Source: Candidatus Zixiibacteriota bacterium (lineage in GTDB: Bacteria; RBG-13-66-14; B26-G2; WVWN01). Taken from it: a DNA stretch of 64,000 nucleotides. The translations under genes and the position numbers were made by a program. Below are positions 43,582 to 54,446 of the stretch, one piece after another. A model generated the notes under the pieces. The model ran no database searches and was not told the origin of the DNA. It was given only the letters and a program-made list of their open reading frames with translations. Each line of letters begins with the position of its first letter. Within the stretch, counting starts at the first letter, position 1. Where the stretch lies: assembly GCA_030613505.1 (NCBI GenBank), contig JAUWLW010000002.1:16925-80924 (forward strand), in the 5' to 3' direction.

Positions 43582-45696
43582 GTGGCACGGGTTCAAATAG
43601 TTATTAATTTAATCCTGTTCGTCGCCGCGGCGGCCTGCGGGGCCGACGACGGCGAGTGGGTTATGCGCGCGCGCCGTGCCGAGACGCCGCCCGTAATCGA
43701 CGGCGTGATGGAGGAATTATGGTTCGAGGCGGACCCGGGGAGCGGGTTCAAGCAATTCCGGCCTACGTCGAACCAACCGGCTTTGAAGGACACCGAGGTC
43801 TACGTCCTGTACGACGACGAAGCGCTGTACGTGGGATGGGTATGTTACGAAGAAGACGTGTCCCGTTTGGTAGCGGGTGCGACGGTGCGCGATATGTTTA
43901 TGAACGACGACGATTGCGTAGACCTCATGCTCGACGCCAACAACGACCGCCAATCGGCGTACGACTTCATGGTCAATTGGCGGGGCGTGCGGTACGACGG
44001 GAGCATTGCGAAGGACGGTTCGGTAGGGGGGCCGGCGTGGGACGGGTACTGGGAGGCGGCGACGTCCGTCGGCGACGACGCTTGGTATTGCGAGATGGCG
44101 ATACCGTGGTCGACGCTGCGTTACGACCGGGACGCGGGTTACTTCGGCATCCAGTTCTTGAGGTTCCGCAAGCCGACGTACGAGGAGACGTACTGGGCCG
44201 GCGACGGCAGCTTCATCAACCGCGTTTCGACCTTCGGCCGCGTCGAGGGTTTAGAAGACTTACCCCGGCCGCGGCGGTGGAAGTTTACGCCGTACGTAAC
44301 GGGGCGCGGCGAAGAAAAATTCGATACGCCCGCCTACGACTTCGAGGCCACCGACGGGTGGGAATTCAAACCGCGCTACGGCCTGGATTTCGAGTACCGG
44401 GCCGGCGCTAAGGCGAGCGTCCTCGCTACGGTTTGGCCCGATTACGCGTACATCGAGGCCGACCCCGCCCAAATAAACCTGGAGCCCACCGAAATATGGC
44501 TGGAGGAGAAGCGGCCTTTCTTCACCGAGGGATACGAGCTTTTCGATACTCACACCGACTTCGTGTACACGCGGCGTCTTACGGAAATCGCGGGCGGCGC
44601 GAAAGTAACGGGCCGCGCGGGTCCCATTAACTACGGCGTCCTGGACGCGGCGTTGACGGGCGACGACCCGCTTTACCCCCACAACAATTTCGGCGTGGCC
44701 CGGGCGACGTACGATACGGCGGGCGGTTCGTCGTTAGGTATTATGGCCGTCGACCGGCGCGAGTTCGGCCGGGAGGCCTCCGCCGGGGAGGGGGGTAACG
44801 GTTTACCGCGGTACAACGACGTCGTCATGGCGGACGGCAGGGTGGTGTTACCGGCGAGGTTCGGTTTTAGTTTCGAGGGCGCCAGGTCCTATACCGCGGG
44901 CGAAGGGGGCGACGACTACGCGGTTCTCCTGGGCTTCGGCAGGTACGGCATAACGGAGAATTTCGACGTGTGGGGTTTTGGGATCGGCGAGGATTTCCGG
45001 GCGGATATGGGTTTCCTGCAGCCGGAAGATTTGGGTAAACGCGAGCTCGGCTGTTCGGCGTTGAAGGAGTTGCAGATTAACCGGGGCGGCGTGCGTGCGC
45101 TCAGGATAAACGGGTATTACGAGCACGAGCGTAACCTAGCCGGCGAAACGGTGAGCAATTTCATGTCGTCCACGGCCAGGTTGGTTTCCGAGAACGATTA
45201 TTACGTAACGTTGAATTACCGAGGCGGGAGGGATTTACGCTACGTCCCTTCCGGATACCCGGACTTCCACAACGGCATCTTCGACTTGGCGGTAGGCCGC
45301 ACCCCTGCGTCTTGGGGTAGCTTCCGCCTGGGTCACTGGCGCGGGATGTGGTACGGATACTTCTACCACTACTATACGTTGGGGGGCAGCATAATACCGG
45401 TTCCCGTTCTAGTCATTAACGGCAACGTGGAGGTGGGCGACCGTCGGCCCGCGGACCGCTTTGTCGTGGGGAACTTGAAGGTTACGTACAATTTGACCGA
45501 CGCCCTCTTCTGGAGGATTATCGTACAGGGCAATTCGGACGTCGAGATGAATTCCGTGAGTACGCTGTGGGGTTGGGACTTCCTCCCGGGCAGCACGGCC
45601 TACCTCGCGTACGAGCAACGCCGCGATTCCACCGGCCAGTTCCTATTGGCTGAACAGGTGGCGTTCCTGAAAGTATCCTATATGATCCCGCTGTAA
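43582..45696 (+). CDS. CBM9-like / DUF5916 outer-membrane protein
   Basis: Signal peptide; P.IDG, YDDEALY, EMAIPW..LRY, PD...IEAD, EKRPFF.EG; beta-barrel C-terminus. Confidence 0.8.
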   Translation: MARVQIVINLILFVAAAACGADDGEWVMRARRAETPPVIDGVMEELWFEADPGSGFKQFRPTSNQPALKDTEVYVLYDDEALYVGWVCYEEDVSRLVAGATVRDMFMNDDDCVDLMLDANNDRQSAYDFMVNWRGVRYDGSIAKDGSVGGPAWDGYWEAATSVGDDAWYCEMAIPWSTLRYDRDAGYFGIQFLRFRKPTYEETYWAGDGSFINRVSTFGRVEGLEDLPRPRRWKFTPYVTGRGEEKFDTPAYDFEATDGWEFKPRYGLDFEYRAGAKASVLATVWPDYAYIEADPAQINLEPTEIWLEEKRPFFTEGYELFDTHTDFVYTRRLTEIAGGAKVTGRAGPINYGVLDAALTGDDPLYPHNNFGVARATYDTAGGSSLGIMAVDRREFGREASAGEGGNGLPRYNDVVMADGRVVLPARFGFSFEGARSYTAGEGGDDYAVLLGFGRYGITENFDVWGFGIGEDFRADMGFLQPEDLGKRELGCSALKELQINRGGVRALRINGYYEHERNLAGETVSNFMSSTARLVSENDYYVTLNYRGGRDLRYVPSGYPDFHNGIFDLAVGRTPASWGSFRLGHWRGMWYGYFYHYYTLGGSIIPVPVLVINGNVEVGDRRPADRFVVGNLKVTYNLTDALFWRIIVQGNSDVEMNSVSTLWGWDFLPGSTAYLAYEQRRDSTGQFLLAEQVAFLKVSYMIPL

Positions 45697-45713
45697 AGGA
45701 AGCGGTTGACCAA

Positions 45714-45742
45714 AAAGAAGCGGCCCCGGCGGGCCGCTTTTT
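45714..45742. terminator. bidirectional terminator
   Basis: AAGCGGCCC-cggc-GGGCCGCTT with A/T runs. Confidence 0.7.
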
Positions 45743-48700
45743 TATTCGTTTTCGGCGGGGGGTTCGGTCCGAAGCGGCAGGAAGATGGTAAAGGTCGAAC
45801 CGACGCCTACTTCCGACGAGACGTCGATGCGGCCGCCGTGGGATTCGATAGCCCTTTTGGCGATGGTAAGGCCGAGGCCGGTTCCGCCTACCGCGCGCGT
45901 ACTGGAGCCGTCTACTTGGTAGAACGTGGAGAAGATAGTATCCAGTTGGTCCTGGGAGATGCCGGGGCCGTCGTCGGCGACGGCGAGCGCTACGTCGCCG
46001 TCCTGGACCTTCGTCGATACGCGGACGCGCCCTCCCGCCGAGTTGAACTGGATGGCGTTCTTAATCAGGTTCGCGAGGGCGCTTTGCACCAGGTTCGGGT
46101 CGGCGTACGTACCGGGGATATCCGAACCCGCGTCGAATTCGAGCGAAATGCCGTTCCGGTCCGCCATTTGTTGGTACTTGCGCGTCGTCTCCGCGGCCAG
46201 ATCGTTGACGTCGACGGGCTCGAGTTTCAGCTCCAGCCGTCTCGTTTCCAAGAGGGAGAAATCGAGGATGCTGTCAACCAGCTCGCGCAGCCGGCGCGCC
46301 TCTTTATCGATGATGCGTACGAATTGGGAGTAGGGAAAAGTGCCGGCTTTATCGTCGGCTATTATTAGCTCGGCGCTCCCGATTATCGAGGTGAGCGGCG
46401 TCCGCAACTCGTGGCTCACGTTGGCGATGAAGTTCTCCTTGAGGAACGTCAGCTCTTTGGATTCCGTAACGTCTCGGAACGTGGCGACGTATCCGACCCG
46501 TTCGCCGGCCGGGTTGGCGACGGCGTTGGCCAACACGCGATAATAACCCGTCTTGCCGGCCCCGCCGGGAGGATTAACCGCGAGTTCGAATTCCGCCACG
46601 TCCTTGTCCTGGAGCATGTTGCTTGCTTTTTCGAACGTCTCGTGGAGCGTCGGGGTCTCGATTATAGAACGTACGTGGCGGTTGATAATGCTCTCCGCCT
46701 GCCGCCCCAACATTTTCTCGGCCGCGGGGTTGACTTCGACTACCCGTAGGCCCATATCGGTAACGACGATGGCGTCGGCGATGCTCGCGAAGATGGCGTC
46801 CAATTTGCGCCGGTGCTCTTCGGCAATCGATATCGACGACAGTACGCGGTCGAAGAGGCGGGCGTTCTCGATCGAACCCGCCACCTGCCCCGCGAAGAGC
46901 GTGACGAGTTGTAGGTCGCGGTCGGTGAAGATCTCGCCCCTCAGACGGCCCAGCGTCATGACCCCTATGGCTTCTTCGCGGGCAATCAACGGTACGCACA
47001 ACAGCGATTCCGATTCCTCGTACGGCGTCCCAGGGACTTCCAACGAGCGATGGTCCAGAACGGCGTCGTTGACGTATTCGCCAACGCCGGTTAACGCCAC
47101 GTGGCCGGTAATACCTTCTCCCAACTTCAACCTTATTTTCATTACCTCCTCGGGGTACGCAGTCAAGCTGACTATGGGCTCGAGGATGCCGGCGTCCCGG
47201 TCCAGCAGGAATACGGTGCACGCGTCCGCGCCGATCAGATCTTTGACTTTCTGGGCGATGTTGTAGATGATTTCCTCGGTATCCAGCGAAGAGGATAACG
47301 TTTTGGAAGTATCCAGCAAAGTTACCAACTCTTCCATGCGGCTGACGTTTTGGGAGAATAGTTGGGTGTTTTCAAGGAAGATGGATAGTTGGTCGCATAT
47401 AGTTTTGAGGAGGTCCGCGTCCTCGGCGCGGAACGTTCTTCCCTTCCGGGAGAACAACGTCAGCCGGCCGAGCACTTGTTGTTTGGCGACCAGGGGGAAC
47501 GAGACGTACGACGCCGGTCCCTCGGCGTCGGCGAGCGGGAGGCCGAAGGGGTCGGCGTCGACCGGCTTTTCCCTCACTATGACGGCGTCCGTCAGAAGAG
47601 CCGAGGCACGCTCGCCGCCGATATCGGCGAAACCCTCCCAGCGTTTTTTCATTCCTTCGTCGGCGCCTGCGGTCGCGGTCAGGACCAGCGATCGACGTTT
47701 CGCGTCGTGAAGGTGGATGGCGCCGGCGTCCAGTTCGGCGAAGGCGCGGATCTCTTCGAGCGCGGCGCCGAGCAATTCGTCGAGCGGCGGCAGGCGGGCG
47801 GCGTCGGCCGCGATCGAGCCGATGATGGCGAGGTAGTCCGTTTGGCGCTTGACGTTTTCGAGATACAGTAAATTTTCGACGCCGATGGCTGTTTGGAAAG
47901 CGATGCCTTCGAACAACGCGAGATCCGATTCCGAAACGGTCGGCCGGGGCGTTTGCCAAATCGACAGGAGAAAGCCGAGGACGCGGTTTTTCTTTCGTAT
48001 GGCCGCGACGGCTAGCGAACGGGCGGTCAGCCCCGGCAGCAAGTCGCCTTTAACCTCGTCGTCCTTTGGGCCGACGTCGGCCAGGAATACCGGTTTACTT
48101 CGGGTCGCCGCCTCTTCGAATATCGGGTGACGTCCCACGTCGAGTTTGCCCGAGCGAAGGAGTTTTTCGGTTTCTTCAGGTAAACGGGCGGAAGCTATAA
48201 ATTGCTTCGTTCCTTTCCCGTCGTCGAGGAGTATTAACGCCGACGCGTCGGCGTCCATAATGGTCCTCGTCTCTTCGACGAGGAACTCGAGAGATTTTTC
48301 CAAATCAGGCGTCTGACTTACTATATGGCCGATGTGGAGGAGGACCTCGGCGTTGTGGGTGGCGGTTTGTTCGTCGGCAAGTAGGTTTACGTTTTGGATG
48401 GCGACGGCGAGTTGGTCGGCGAAGGTCCGTAGGAGTTCCAGGTCGTGTTTGGTCAACGCGTCCTTGGCGTTTTCCTGGACGTCGAGGACGCCGAGGACGC
48501 GATCGCCGATTTTAATGGGGACGGCGATTTCGGAGCGGGCTTCGCCGGGGATGGGATCGGGCGCATAGCGCGGGTCGTTGGTGGCGTCGTTGGAGAATGC
48601 GACGTCACCCTTCTCGGCGGCCCAGCCGATGAAGCCCTCACCGAGTTTAATGCGGGGCGGGCTATCGATCGCTTTCTCGTATGCGCCCTCGATGACGCTG

Positions 48701-50421
48701 CCGATAATCGTCTGAACGTCGTTCGGGTCTACCAGGAAAACCGACACGTTGAAATATTTGAAATGTCTCCTTATGGCCGCCGATGCCGTCCGCAACAAGG
48801 CCGGCACGTCCTGCGCGGCGAGTATTTCTTTACCCAGGTCCCCGATTAATGCTATCTCGCTCGCCCGTTGCCGTTCTTCGCGTAGCAGGACGGCGTTTTC
48901 GATTATTACGCCGACTTGGTCGGCCAGCGTCTCGAGTACCAGCGTGTCGCCTTCCTCGAAAGCGCCGGTACGTCTGCTTTGGACGTCGATTACCGCCGCT
49001 ACGCCCCCGCGGCTGATTACCGGTACGCACAACTCGGACTTCGTTTCCATCAACGCTGGGTTGGCCGCGAAGAATCGATCGTCTTTAGTCACGTCGTTGA
49101 TTAGTATAGTGCGTTTCGCCTCGACCGCGGCGCCGACAAGACCGGCGCCGCGGCGCTGGCGGTAACCAACAGGAAGGTGGTCGGCGTAACCCCCCACTAT
49201 AGTTTCGAGGAACAGCTCGTCTTCACGCGCGTCGACCGAAAATATGGCGACGTTGTAATAATTGAATTTGTCCTTTATAGCGGCCGCGAGCTCTTTGTAT
49301 AGCTCGCGAGTCGACGTGCTGAGCAGCGCTTTCTTGCCGATCTCATTTATGAGACTTAGTTGGAGGGCGCGCTTCCGTTCGCCCTCCAAGCGGCGGGCGT
49401 TTTCGACCGCGGCGGCTGCACAAGCCGCGAGCGCTTTTACGAAAGCGACGTCTTCTTTTTCGAAGGCGTCTCGCACGTCGCTCCCCAAGGTGATGACGCC
49501 GAAGGCGTTTTCGCCGACGGCGATGGGGACGGCGAGGGATGAACCGACGCTGGTTTCGGCGGTCATTAGGCCGCCGGCCGCGGCCGATACGTCGGCGACG
49601 TAGACCGTTTCGTTGTCTTGCAGGGCTTGGTTGGCCAGGCTCTCGCGGAAAGTCTCGCTTACGAGTTGAGCCTCTTCGGGAGCGTAGCCGATAGTAGCCA
49701 ATTGTTTTACGGCGTCGCTTCTCTCGTCGTAAAAATAGACGGCGCCTTTGTCGAACGAGATGCCCTTTCTCGTTTCTTCCAGGAGCCGTTCCAAAGGCGT
49801 CTGTAGGTCTTGGGCCGAGGATAGGGCGGGAGCGGACTCTATGACGAGGCGTAGTTGTTTGTTCTCCCATTTCAGGCGGTCGAGTTCGGCGGACAACTTC
49901 TCGCGCCCGCTAATCGCGGCCAGCGTCGCCGCTATTTCGTCTGCGAAGGACCGACCTAGGGCTTCGTCTTCCGGCGAAAACGCGCCGGCCTCGGCGCCTT
50001 TCACTAAGACGGTTACACCGGTCACGCCGTCTCCCGATTTTAACGGCACGGCCAATACCGAAGCACCAGCGTAACCCTCGAGAAGGGGAAGGCCGGCGAG
50101 GTCGTCCGCGGACGCCGACGGGAGGTTCAGAACGCGACCGGATCGCAGGGCTCGGGTGGCGACGTTTTCATCCGCGGCCGGCGAAAAGAGCTGACGGTAT
50201 TTTCCGGACGGCTTGGTTGAGAGCGCGATTTCGAGTTTGTCGTCGCTTTCGCGTGACACTATAGCGCACACTTCTGCGCCGAAATATTCGGCCAGCCCGT
50301 TCGTCGCTAGCGGCAGTAATTCAGCCCGCGAAGTGGTCCCGTGAAGCCGTATTTTTAAAGCCCGAGCGGCTTTTTCGCGAGTTGCGTCCGCGGGTCCGTT
50401 ATTTTGGGAGGGCAAAACCAT
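45742..50421 (-). CDS. multi-GAF, PAS sensor histidine kinase (1559 aa, cytoplasmic)
   Basis: About seven GAF repeats (SE..VP..., F...D..L...LA.Q..I.IEN), PAS (VNPAAE), H-box SHELRTPL, N/G1/F/G2 boxes. Confidence 0.92.
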   Translation of the reverse strand: MVLPSQNNGPADATREKAARALKIRLHGTTSRAELLPLATNGLAEYFGAEVCAIVSRESDDKLEIALSTKPSGKYRQLFSPAADENVATRALRSGRVLNLPSASADDLAGLPLLEGYAGASVLAVPLKSGDGVTGVTVLVKGAEAGAFSPEDEALGRSFADEIAATLAAISGREKLSAELDRLKWENKQLRLVIESAPALSSAQDLQTPLERLLEETRKGISFDKGAVYFYDERSDAVKQLATIGYAPEEAQLVSETFRESLANQALQDNETVYVADVSAAAGGLMTAETSVGSSLAVPIAVGENAFGVITLGSDVRDAFEKEDVAFVKALAACAAAAVENARRLEGERKRALQLSLINEIGKKALLSTSTRELYKELAAAIKDKFNYYNVAIFSVDAREDELFLETIVGGYADHLPVGYRQRRGAGLVGAAVEAKRTILINDVTKDDRFFAANPALMETKSELCVPVISRGGVAAVIDVQSRRTGAFEEGDTLVLETLADQVGVIIENAVLLREERQRASEIALIGDLGKEILAAQDVPALLRTASAAIRRHFKYFNVSVFLVDPNDVQTIIGSVIEGAYEKAIDSPPRIKLGEGFIGWAAEKGDVAFSNDATNDPRYAPDPIPGEARSEIAVPIKIGDRVLGVLDVQENAKDALTKHDLELLRTFADQLAVAIQNVNLLADEQTATHNAEVLLHIGHIVSQTPDLEKSLEFLVEETRTIMDADASALILLDDGKGTKQFIASARLPEETEKLLRSGKLDVGRHPIFEEAATRSKPVFLADVGPKDDEVKGDLLPGLTARSLAVAAIRKKNRVLGFLLSIWQTPRPTVSESDLALFEGIAFQTAIGVENLLYLENVKRQTDYLAIIGSIAADAARLPPLDELLGAALEEIRAFAELDAGAIHLHDAKRRSLVLTATAGADEGMKKRWEGFADIGGERASALLTDAVIVREKPVDADPFGLPLADAEGPASYVSFPLVAKQQVLGRLTLFSRKGRTFRAEDADLLKTICDQLSIFLENTQLFSQNVSRMEELVTLLDTSKTLSSSLDTEEIIYNIAQKVKDLIGADACTVFLLDRDAGILEPIVSLTAYPEEVMKIRLKLGEGITGHVALTGVGEYVNDAVLDHRSLEVPGTPYEESESLLCVPLIAREEAIGVMTLGRLRGEIFTDRDLQLVTLFAGQVAGSIENARLFDRVLSSISIAEEHRRKLDAIFASIADAIVVTDMGLRVVEVNPAAEKMLGRQAESIINRHVRSIIETPTLHETFEKASNMLQDKDVAEFELAVNPPGGAGKTGYYRVLANAVANPAGERVGYVATFRDVTESKELTFLKENFIANVSHELRTPLTSIIGSAELIIADDKAGTFPYSQFVRIIDKEARRLRELVDSILDFSLLETRRLELKLEPVDVNDLAAETTRKYQQMADRNGISLEFDAGSDIPGTYADPNLVQSALANLIKNAIQFNSAGGRVRVSTKVQDGDVALAVADDGPGISQDQLDTIFSTFYQVDGSSTRAVGGTGLGLTIAKRAIESHGGRIDVSSEVGVGSTFTIFLPLRTEPPAENE

Positions 50422-50743
50422 AACTCAAGCACACCAATATATTATATTTTAACCTCGCATAGATAAATATCAAGGTTAATTTTAGGTTGAGGCGGCGCTT
50501 TTCTAACGTAGCCCCACGATGCCGATGACGCCGGCGCCCGTATACGGCCGGAGGCGGCGGCCCCCTCCGGGGTTGGCGTACGCCTTCGCCCGCCGTCGTC
50601 GCATAATCCGCGCCTATCAAAGGTGCTGCGGGCCCGAAGTGGCCCCGCGATTTCTTAAAAAACTTGATTTCTATTGCCTAAGACTATAACATATGGAAAG
50701 GGTCAATTACCGATAGGGTGTTTTTAAACGGAGGAGCGCTACG

Positions 50744-52231
50744 ATGTCTCATCACTTCCAAAATTACGTGGCCGGCAAATGGGTACCGGCGAAATCCGGT
50801 AAAACGGTCGAGAATCGTAATCCGGCCGATGATGGTCTGGTCGGCGTATTTCCCGACTCGGCGGCGGAAGATTTGAACGAAGCGGTAGCTGCCGCCCGCG
50901 ACGCTTACGGCCGTTGGCGGAAGGTCCCGGCGCCGGCCCGGGCGCTAAAAATACAGCGGGCGGGCGAACTTATGCGCGAGCGTAAGGAAGAGATATCCCG
51001 CCAGATGACGCGCGAAATGGGTAAGGTCGTCGCCGAAACGCGCGGCGATACGCAGGAGGGGATAGACACCGCGTTCTATATGGCGGGCGAGGGTAGGCGG
51101 CTCTTCGGCGTGACGACGCCGGTCGAGTTACCGGATAAATTCGGCATGGCGGTCCGGCGGCCTATCGGCGTGGCGGGCCTCATTACGCCGTGGAACTTCC
51201 CAATGGCGATTCCCACCTGGAAAGTCTTTCCGGCTTTAGTCGCCGGCGATACGGTGGTCATAAAGCCGGCTACCTATACGCCGGCGACGGTATGCGAATT
51301 GGGCCTGATATTGGAGGAGGCCGGCGTACCGCCGGGCGTCTTCAATATCGTGTGCGGCTCCGGGGGGACGGTGGGCGAAGCGATACTGGGCCATCCGGAC
51401 GTCGACGTCATATCGTTCACCGGCTCGAGTGCGGTAGGCCGCCGCATCAACGAGGTGGGCGGAAAGAACCTCAAGCGCGTGTCGCTTGAGCTTGGGGGCA
51501 AGAACGCGCAAATAGTCCTCGCCGACGCGGACTTGGACCTCGCTCTCGAGGGCGTGCTATGGGGCGCCTATGGTACGACGGGACAGCGGTGCACCGCCAC
51601 CAGCCGCCTGATACTCGAGGAAAAAATTCACGACGAGTTCGTGAATATGCTTGTCGGCGCCGCCGCGGCGTTGAAACTCGGTAACGGCCTGGACGAATCG
51701 TTCCAGGTGGGGCCGCTGGTGAGCGCCGCGCAACGCGAGACGGTCCATTCGTACGTTGACGTGGGTAAGGAAGAAGGAGCTGAGCTCGCGCTGGGCGGTG
51801 AATTCTACGAGGAGGGCGAGTGCAAAAAGGGCTTCTTCTACAAGCCGACCGTCTTCTTGGGCGTAAAGCCTACGATGAGGATAGCCCGCGAGGAGATCTT
51901 CGGGCCCGTACTGTCGGTCCTCAAGGTTGGGGACGCGGACGAGGCTATCCGCGTTCTGAACGATTCTTCGTACGGCCTCTCGAGCTCTATATACACGCGC
52001 GACGTCAATCTGGCCTTTAGGGCCGTCGAAGACATAGAGGCCGGCATCACGTACGTCAACGGCCCCACCATCGGCGCGGAAGTCCACCTGCCGTTCGGCG
52101 GCGTCAAGGATACCGGCAACGGCCACCGCGAGGGTTCCTTTACGGTGTTCGACATCTTCACGGAGTGGAAATCGGTTTACTTCGACTATTCGGGTAAGTT
52201 GCAGCGGGCGCAGATAGACGTCGAGGAATAG
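50744..52231 (+). CDS. aldehyde dehydrogenase family protein
   Basis: ITPWNFP, FTGS, LELGGKN, GQRCTA, EEIFGPV, PFGGVK. Confidence 0.95.
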   Translation: MSHHFQNYVAGKWVPAKSGKTVENRNPADDGLVGVFPDSAAEDLNEAVAAARDAYGRWRKVPAPARALKIQRAGELMRERKEEISRQMTREMGKVVAETRGDTQEGIDTAFYMAGEGRRLFGVTTPVELPDKFGMAVRRPIGVAGLITPWNFPMAIPTWKVFPALVAGDTVVIKPATYTPATVCELGLILEEAGVPPGVFNIVCGSGGTVGEAILGHPDVDVISFTGSSAVGRRINEVGGKNLKRVSLELGGKNAQIVLADADLDLALEGVLWGAYGTTGQRCTATSRLILEEKIHDEFVNMLVGAAAALKLGNGLDESFQVGPLVSAAQRETVHSYVDVGKEEGAELALGGEFYEEGECKKGFFYKPTVFLGVKPTMRIAREEIFGPVLSVLKVGDADEAIRVLNDSSYGLSSSIYTRDVNLAFRAVEDIEAGITYVNGPTIGAEVHLPFGGVKDTGNGHREGSFTVFDIFTEWKSVYFDYSGKLQRAQIDVEE

Positions 52232-52486
52232 TCGGAAGGGTCGCGAGCCGTGGCGTTACGTGCGGGGCGGCCGCGACCGCCCCGTTTAACTTAGAAGTTG
52301 GTGCGGCGATGGACGTCTTCATCTTCATGACCGATATAATCGGCAAGGCGTTGCGCGCGTGCCGTGGCGGTAGGATTTCCGCTTGCGACGGCTGCTCATA
52401 TCGCCTCTTACCGGGGCGTAACCTGGGCAGCTGCGGTGCTGACGGCATTATCCGTCACCATAGTAGTTGTTTCGGTTTTATAGGCC

Positions 52487-53512
52487 GTGGCGGATTTCCC
52501 CCAAAACCTGCCTAAAAACTCGGCGGCGAATTTCAGGGCCGACCCGGCGCGGTGGCTCTTGAAAGCGCGGTCGCCGCTCGTCCGGTACCGCGCCGCGGTA
52601 GACCTCCTGAGGTGGCCGGCCGATTGCGGCGAGGCGGCGGCCTTGTGGGAGCGGCGGTACGAAGACCCGAACCTGGCCGCTATAAAGGACGCGCAGGCCC
52701 CGGACGGCCTTTGGTACCCGCCGGGGCCGTTTTACCGGCGGCGGCCGAGTTTATATGTACCGAAGTACCTGGCGGCGATTTGGCAGCTGCCGGTTCTAGC
52801 GGACTTGGGTATCGGCTTGGAAGACCCGGTAGCGGCGCGGGCGGCGGAGGCCGTACTCGCGCGGCGGACCGGGGACGGTTTCTTCGAGTTGGGCCCGGGC
52901 GGCCCTTTCGTCGTTGCCAACGCGTTGGCCGTGAGCTCGCTCGCGGCGTGGGGCGTCGGCGGCGCGGCTTTGGCATCGGCGCGGGCTTGGTTGTACGGCC
53001 GCCAACGTAGCGACGGCGGATGGGCGGACGAATTCGAGGTGGAAGATAACGCGGCGCTCAGCGCGGTGGGTACGACGGCCGAGGTCGTCCGAGCGCTGGC
53101 CGGCGGCGCCGCCGGCCCCGAGGAACGGGCCCTCGCCAAGGGGAAGGCGTACCTCCTCTCTAATCTATTTACGGATTACAACGGCCGCTTTCCGCGCTCG
53201 AGCCGGGGGTGGCGGCGGCTGAGCTGGCCTCAGTACCGATACGACGCGTTGACGGTAGCGTCGGCGCTCGCGGCGGCGGGCGCGTCCCGGCTCGACGTTG
53301 CGCCCCTCGCCCAGGCCGTTCGCGCGTTGCAGATGCGGCGCGGCTTCTGGCGGCAGCAGGTGCCGTTCGGCGAGCGGTGTTGGCTCGAGCCGGTCCGAGC
53401 GGGCCGGGCGTCGCGGTGGGTCACGTACCGCGCGGCTAAGTTCCTTTTATGGTATTACAGCGCCGGCAGCCCTCAGGAAAGTGATTGCGATGTTAGCTGT
53501 TATCAATTATAA
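52487..53512 (+). CDS. hypothetical alpha/alpha-toroid (prenyltransferase/squalene-cyclase repeat-like) protein
   Basis: Q.PDG.W and Q..DGGW repeats; WLL...P.VRY; SRWVT. Confidence 0.6.
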   Translation: MADFPQNLPKNSAANFRADPARWLLKARSPLVRYRAAVDLLRWPADCGEAAALWERRYEDPNLAAIKDAQAPDGLWYPPGPFYRRRPSLYVPKYLAAIWQLPVLADLGIGLEDPVAARAAEAVLARRTGDGFFELGPGGPFVVANALAVSSLAAWGVGGAALASARAWLYGRQRSDGGWADEFEVEDNAALSAVGTTAEVVRALAGGAAGPEERALAKGKAYLLSNLFTDYNGRFPRSSRGWRRLSWPQYRYDALTVASALAAAGASRLDVAPLAQAVRALQMRRGFWRQQVPFGERCWLEPVRAGRASRWVTYRAAKFLLWYYSAGSPQESDCDVSCYQL

Positions 53513-53536
53513 TCGCGTCAAGCGAGTGGAGCCCGT

Positions 53537-54427
53537 TTGATGATTGCGGCAGTTATAAAGTTAATGAGGCCTCGGCAGTGGACGAAGAACCTAATCGTCT
53601 TCGTGGCGGTAGTTTTTTCGGGTCGCGCTTTGATATTGGCGGACGGTTTCCATGCCGTACTGGGTTTCGTTTTGTTTTGTTTTCTTTCCAGTAGCGTTTA
53701 CATTTTAAACGACGTCTTGGACGCGCCCTACGACCGGCGGCACCCGGAGAAGAGGAACCGCCCCATAGCTTCCCGTAAGATTTCGCCGACCGCCGGCGTG
53801 TTGCTATTTACGGCCTTCGCCGCGGCGTCGCTCGCGGGGTCGTTCTGGTGGTTGGGTTGGAAGTTCGGCGTATGCGCGACGACGTACTTCGTCATTAACC
53901 TCTTCTATTCGTTCGGCGTAAAGAGAGTCGTCATCCTCGATTCCGTGACCATCGCGTTGGGTTTCGTATTGCGGGCCATCGCCGGCATCTACGCCATAGT
54001 TGCCGAGCCGGGCCAACTATCGGAGTGGCTACTGATATGTACCTTCTTCCTGGCGTTGTTTTTGGCGTTTTCGAAGCGGCGCGGCGAAATTACGGACCTC
54101 TCGGGGAATGCGGCGGATCACCGCCCGATTCTGGCCTCCTATTCCCCCAAGTTAATCGACGAGATGATAGGCGTCACCACCGCGTCGTCGGTGATGTCCT
54201 ATTCCCTCTACACCATTTGGCCCGGGACGGTCGCGCGTTTGGGTACCAACAAAATGATCTATACCATCCCGTTTGTGGTATACGGGATATTTCGCTACCT
54301 GTACCTCATATATAAGAAAGGACAAGGCGCGCAGCCGTCCGCGATTTTGATTACCGACCGGCCGTTGCAGGTGAACATTCTGCTATACGTAGCGGCGGTC
54401 TTCTTCATTCTGTACGTCGTTAAATAA
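53537..54427 (+). CDS. UbiA-family decaprenyl-phosphate phosphoribosyltransferase-like protein
   Basis: RPRQWTKN, YILND..D...DRRHPEKRNRPIAS, KRRGE. Confidence 0.9.
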   Translation: MMIAAVIKLMRPRQWTKNLIVFVAVVFSGRALILADGFHAVLGFVLFCFLSSSVYILNDVLDAPYDRRHPEKRNRPIASRKISPTAGVLLFTAFAAASLAGSFWWLGWKFGVCATTYFVINLFYSFGVKRVVILDSVTIALGFVLRAIAGIYAIVAEPGQLSEWLLICTFFLALFLAFSKRRGEITDLSGNAADHRPILASYSPKLIDEMIGVTTASSVMSYSLYTIWPGTVARLGTNKMIYTIPFVVYGIFRYLYLIYKKGQGAQPSAILITDRPLQVNILLYVAAVFFILYVVK

Positions 54428-54446
54428 CTGCGGCCGGCCGCTGGGC

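Noticed and set aside
50480-50650. Possible structured RNA between the kinase and aldehyde dehydrogenase genes
   Set aside because: Only generic GC-rich hairpins; no recognisable riboswitch consensus or terminator context to support a call.
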